A stretch of DNA of 64,000 nt from Heterodontus francisci (lineage: Eukaryota), in the NCBI RefSeq assembly GCF_036365525.1, contig NC_090396.1:65010429-65074428 (forward strand). Direction: 5' to 3'. This document shows positions 60,076-64,000 of the stretch, in pieces. The notes under the pieces were generated by a model. It was not told the DNA's origin and made no database searches. It worked only from the letters and a program-made list of their open reading frames with translations. Numbering within the stretch: the first letter of the stretch is position 1; each line of letters starts with the position of its first letter. The position numbers and the translations under genes are program-made.

Positions 60076-63000
60076 GCTCCCCTCCCTCACTCCTCACCCC
60101 CCCCTCACTCCTCACCCCCCCCCTCACTCCTCACCCCCCCTCACTCCTCACCCCCCCTCACTCCTCACCCCCCCCTCACTCCTCACCCCCCCTCACTCCT
60201 CACCCCCCCCCCCCTCTGAGTCCAAACCCAGAAGTGAAAAAAAAGGAAGCAAAATAAAGGTGGGATTAAGGAAGAGAGATAAAAAGTAAACAAATTAAAT
60301 CTGCAACGTTAATCTTCCGAGGGAATGAGGCTCCACGCTTCTAAAGTTAATTTTTCTGAGCCAGAGCTTGTTCAGTTATTGCCACTTATTGCACCACTGA
60401 AATCTCATTAAAAATGTTAGGGTTGGTACAATTAAGTCCATATTAGTGTTGAACTAGTGGGAAAATATACCCCAAGTTAACACCATTACAGTGATTTTGG
60501 TGCCAAGTATATTGGCAACGATTACAGGGCATCCTGTGGAGGAGCAGGTATCTCTTCTAGATTTCTGTGTTTAACTGGACTTGTGCAGATGCTGGAAGTT
60601 ACTATCCGATTTACTCTAACAACAGATAGCCTCGCCATTATTGCAGCAAAATCTGGTCTAATGAATTTTCAGAAGTGGTCTCCCTATGGAGAACAACCAG
60701 CTACAGGGGAACTGTGTAGCTGTGTAACTGCATTCTGTCCACAGATGCCTCCCATTGAACTTTCCCTTTCTGTTCAATCTTTGACAGGCGAGAGTTACAA
60801 ACCTTCTGTGCCCGACGGGCCCTGAGGACCAGCACCTGCAGTCGTCATGGCACCCTGGCAACACCGCCCCTCGACACTGCTCCCAAGGATTACTCACCAA
60901 AGATAAAGCAGCTGGTGCAAGAAATAGCGAGCCTAACACTTCTCGAAATCTCCGACTTAAATGAACTGCTTAAGGTATGTCATTGAAAGGCCTCCATTTG
61001 GCAAGGGATCTATTTACTTTATCTTGCAGGTCGAAATAGCCCTCTGAACGCGACAGGAAAGCGCGATTAGAATGAAAACCTGTAGGCTCACTCGCAGCCC
61101 CCGCCTTCTGCTGACTGCGTAGATCCAGGGAAGGAGGTAATGGGAGAACTCCTCCTGATCCCGCATCCTACATCCCATCCCTAGTGAGGGCCATAACTCA
61201 GTGAGTAGCAGTCTGTTTCAGGAGGTTTTGTGTTCAAGTCCCACTCTGCACGTAATCTAGGCTGACCCTCCATTGCACTACTGAGGAAATGCTGCACTGT
61301 CTGAGGTGCTGTCTTTTGAACGAGGCATTAAACCAAACAAAGTGATTCTTGACAACGCAGCTGGCTGCTGACATCAGACTGCGCCAATCTGCGCACATGC
61401 ACAGACGGTCTCCTACTCTCTGCGCGTGCGCAGCGTTCTGCATTGCCAGGACTGGTTGGCGCATGTGCAGATGACGTCGTCATGTAACGCAGGGGAGAGA
61501 GCAGCCGAAGACCTTGGTGGTGGCTGGTATGCTCTCCTCTCTTTTCCCCCGCTCCCCCCCCCCCCCCAGTTGTGAGGTCTGTCTTGCTTTTCTTTGTTCA
61601 GAAGCAGCACAGCACTGAGTGTTCTGTCAGATTGAAGTTTAAGCAGTAACTCTGGCGCCACCTCACACCGTGTGTCTTTTGTAAACTATCCTGCACTGCA
61701 TTCTCCCATCTCCTTTAATATTGCAGAAAACATGGTCGAAAAACGCAGGCGTTAATTTTGAGAGAATATATTGGGAACCAAACAGTTGGTTATTTGGTTG
61801 TGGTTTATTCTGGGAGTTGCACTCTCAGCAGAACATGGTGCTCTCTGTGGAGGGTGTACAAGTACCAGATTCTGAGTGATAACTCAGTTTGTCACAAGAC
61901 CCCATCTCTGAAAGCACGAGGACCCACTTGCAACATGATGCAGAAGCGGTGACAATAGGAAATTACTGGGTGGCCAACACAAGTGCAAGTTTGAACATAT
62001 TCTGTCTCTGGAGATGGTTCATGGAAAGCCCAGATAGGAGCTTTGTGCAATGAACAAGTGTGCAAATACTTCCCACCGAGCTGCTTTTCATCAGCTCCTT
62101 TATATATGCAGTGGTCTCTGTAACTGGCTGGTGCCTGTTATGTTGGGCTTATAGTTTAAATCAATACTTCCTGCAGCTAGATTTACATGATTGCAGATTT
62201 CTTGGGTCGTGTGCTGAGTTTCTTGTGTAGTTCTTTCTGTGGGGTGATGGGAATGTTGAATTAGTTGTGTTGTTTGTTATATCTCAATGCCAGTTAATGC
62301 TCTTTTGTTTTCACAGCAAACGCTTAAAATTCAGGATATTGGAATGATGCCAATGGCTGGAGCAATAGCAGCTGCTCAGCCTGTTTCCCAGGTAACTGCC
62401 ATTAGAGGAAAGTCCCCCCCCATTGCTGGGCCGGCCACCTGCCTTGCACTCCCTAAACGCGAGCTCGTCCAAAACTCTGCTGCCCATGTCGTGTTCACCT
62501 GTCACCCCTGTTCTTGCGGATCTACGTGGTTCCTGGTCCATCGATTTTAAAATTCTCATCCTTGTTTTCAAATCCCTCCATGGCCTCAACTGCTCCCTAT
62601 CTGTGTAATCTCTAGCCCCGCAACCCTCTGCAATCTTTGCACTGCTCCAGTTTGGGCCTCTTGTATATCCCTGATTTTAACCACTCAGCTTTTGGTGGGC
62701 ATGCTTTCAGCTGCCTCTGGAAATCCTTCCCTAAACATGTCTGCCTCTCTACTTCTCTCCCTTTTATGGGCGCTTTCTAGATGCAAGTTGTTGTCGTAAA
62801 TGGGTCTGTTTAATATCTCGAGGATAAAATCCCTCAAAGGAGCCAGATGCCCTATTAATTGGGTTAGAACGCAGGATGCTGCTGGGGCTGAAGTGTGGGA
62901 TGTGCTAGGTGAGATACTGATAGTACAAGTTGAAAGTGCACTCATCCAAGAAAATGTTTTATGCTGAATCCTTGTAGTAATCAATAGACCCGGACTATGC

Positions 63001-63466
63001 TGTTAACCTGGCAACATACATTTCTTGTTTGGTTAACACTGCATTCAACAACTGCCCAGCAAGGTTACCCTGTGTTTTATAAAACAAAAGCAGTTCAATA
63101 TCATTTGGGCAATCATTTTGTTTCTGAGATGGTGCCTTTCCTAATTTCGAGGTTACAATGTAAAACCCTGAGCTTAAAGTTGGGATGTTGTAGCATGGAC
63201 ATACAGTCCATATTGTAACACTGAGCAGCAACGCCAGCTGAGATTATCCTTGCGGTACAGTATTTGCTGAATGCTCCCTGGCCTGCTTCTTTGTCCTCTC
63301 TAATCTCTCTATTGTTGCATTTCTCCAGCAGGCAGAAGATGATGCCGTCCCAGTAAAGAAAGAGAAAACGCATTTCACGGTGAAACTGGTGGAATTCAAG
63401 GCGGCGGAGAAAGTCAAACTTATTAAAGAAGTGAAGAACTGCATTCCTGGGCTCAACCTTGTGCAG
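59843..63466 (+). CDS. MRPL12: Mitochondrial ribosomal protein L12 (bL12m), coding exons 1-4; incomplete at window end
   Basis: Exons 59843-59892, 60788-60974, 62317-62391 and 63329-63466 join in phase: Arg-rich presequence, [38 protein letters not shown], then [10 protein letters not shown]...[19 protein letters not shown] (L7/L12 C-terminal domain); follows HGS as in mammals. Confidence 0.95.
60080..60215. repeat. C-rich tandem repeat, ~17-19 bp unit (CCCCCTCACTCCTCACC), in MRPL12 intron 1
   Basis: About 7 visible copies. Confidence 0.85.
60788..60974 (+). CDS. MRPL12: MRPL12 exon 2 (...[37 protein letters not shown])
   Basis: CAG acceptor, GTATGT donor, 187 nt. Confidence 0.94.
62317..62391 (+). 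CDS. MRPL12: MRPL12 exon 3 ([25 protein letters not shown])
   Basis: CAG acceptor, GTAACT donor, 75 nt. Confidence 0.92.
63329..63466 (+). CDS. MRPL12: MRPL12 exon 4 ([46 protein letters not shown])
   Basis: NAGNAG acceptor (63329 or 63332), GTGAGG donor. Confidence 0.93.
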
Positions 63467-64000
63467 GTGAGGTGATCCTCCCTTCAACAATCCCATAGAA
63501 ACTGGCTCCCCAATGCCCGGGACAGAATGTGAACCGCTGTGGCTCAGTGGATGCCACTCTTGCCTCTGAGTCAGAAGGTTGTGGGTTCAAGTCCCACTCC
63601 AGAGACTTTGAACACAAAATCTAAACTGACGCTGCTACTGATGCAGTGAAGGGCGCTGTCTGCAAATGGGTTGCTCTTGTCCATCTGACTTTTATCGCTA
63701 AATTGACAATTAACTTTTTGACTTGTCTTTCTTTTTGATATTTCACAGTCAATTGAAGAGGGTGGGTGGGGTCAGTCCCACTGCCCTGAGCAAATGTAGA
63801 ATCAGGGATAAAGGAATTGGGTAGGAAAGTGGGTTTGAGGTGGATGATTGGCGGTGGTTTTATTGAATGGCAGGACGGGCTATATGGCCAGTTCCTGCTC
63901 CTGTTTGTTGGGGTATAACATTTTGTTTGTGCTGTTCGATCATCGAGTGCCCCTGTAGTACTGGGGGATTCTCCCTGTCACCGACATTAACACTATGTAC

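Noticed and set aside
57863-60127. 754-aa (GRGLIPINAA)n and 626-aa (MGINPLPAAL)n ORFs on opposite strands
   Set aside because: A 30-bp unit without stops is automatically open. Both strands are open, the frame breaks in the distal units, and the unique part is antisense to MRPL12 exon 1. Ribo-seq or proteomics would be needed to revive this.

Overview
Vertebrate nuclear DNA, probably from a shark or other cartilaginous fish (inferred from the HE1/V-SINE, Deu-SINE, CR1 and Penelope-like repeat content). The window holds three intron-containing genes in the order known from mammals. ARL16 (minus strand) has 5 coding exons, 176 aa, and a U12-type AT-AC first intron. HGS/HRS (plus strand) has 21 coding exons, 757 aa, VHS-FYVE-DUIM-PSAP-coiled coil-LISFD clathrin box, and one GC-AG intron. 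MRPL12 (plus strand) has its first four coding exons here and runs off the window end. ARL16 and HGS share a ~520-bp GC-rich bidirectional promoter with an RFX X-box and three full CRE palindromes. Introns carry many retroelements, including a nearly intact CR1 LINE nested in a foldback Penelope-like element with minimal hammerhead-ribozyme motifs, and there are three large minisatellites. The long ORFs at 47.7-49.7 kb and 57.9-60.1 kb are tandem-repeat artefacts. Exon boundaries were read by hand from splice signals and phase continuity; family names come from recall, not database searches.
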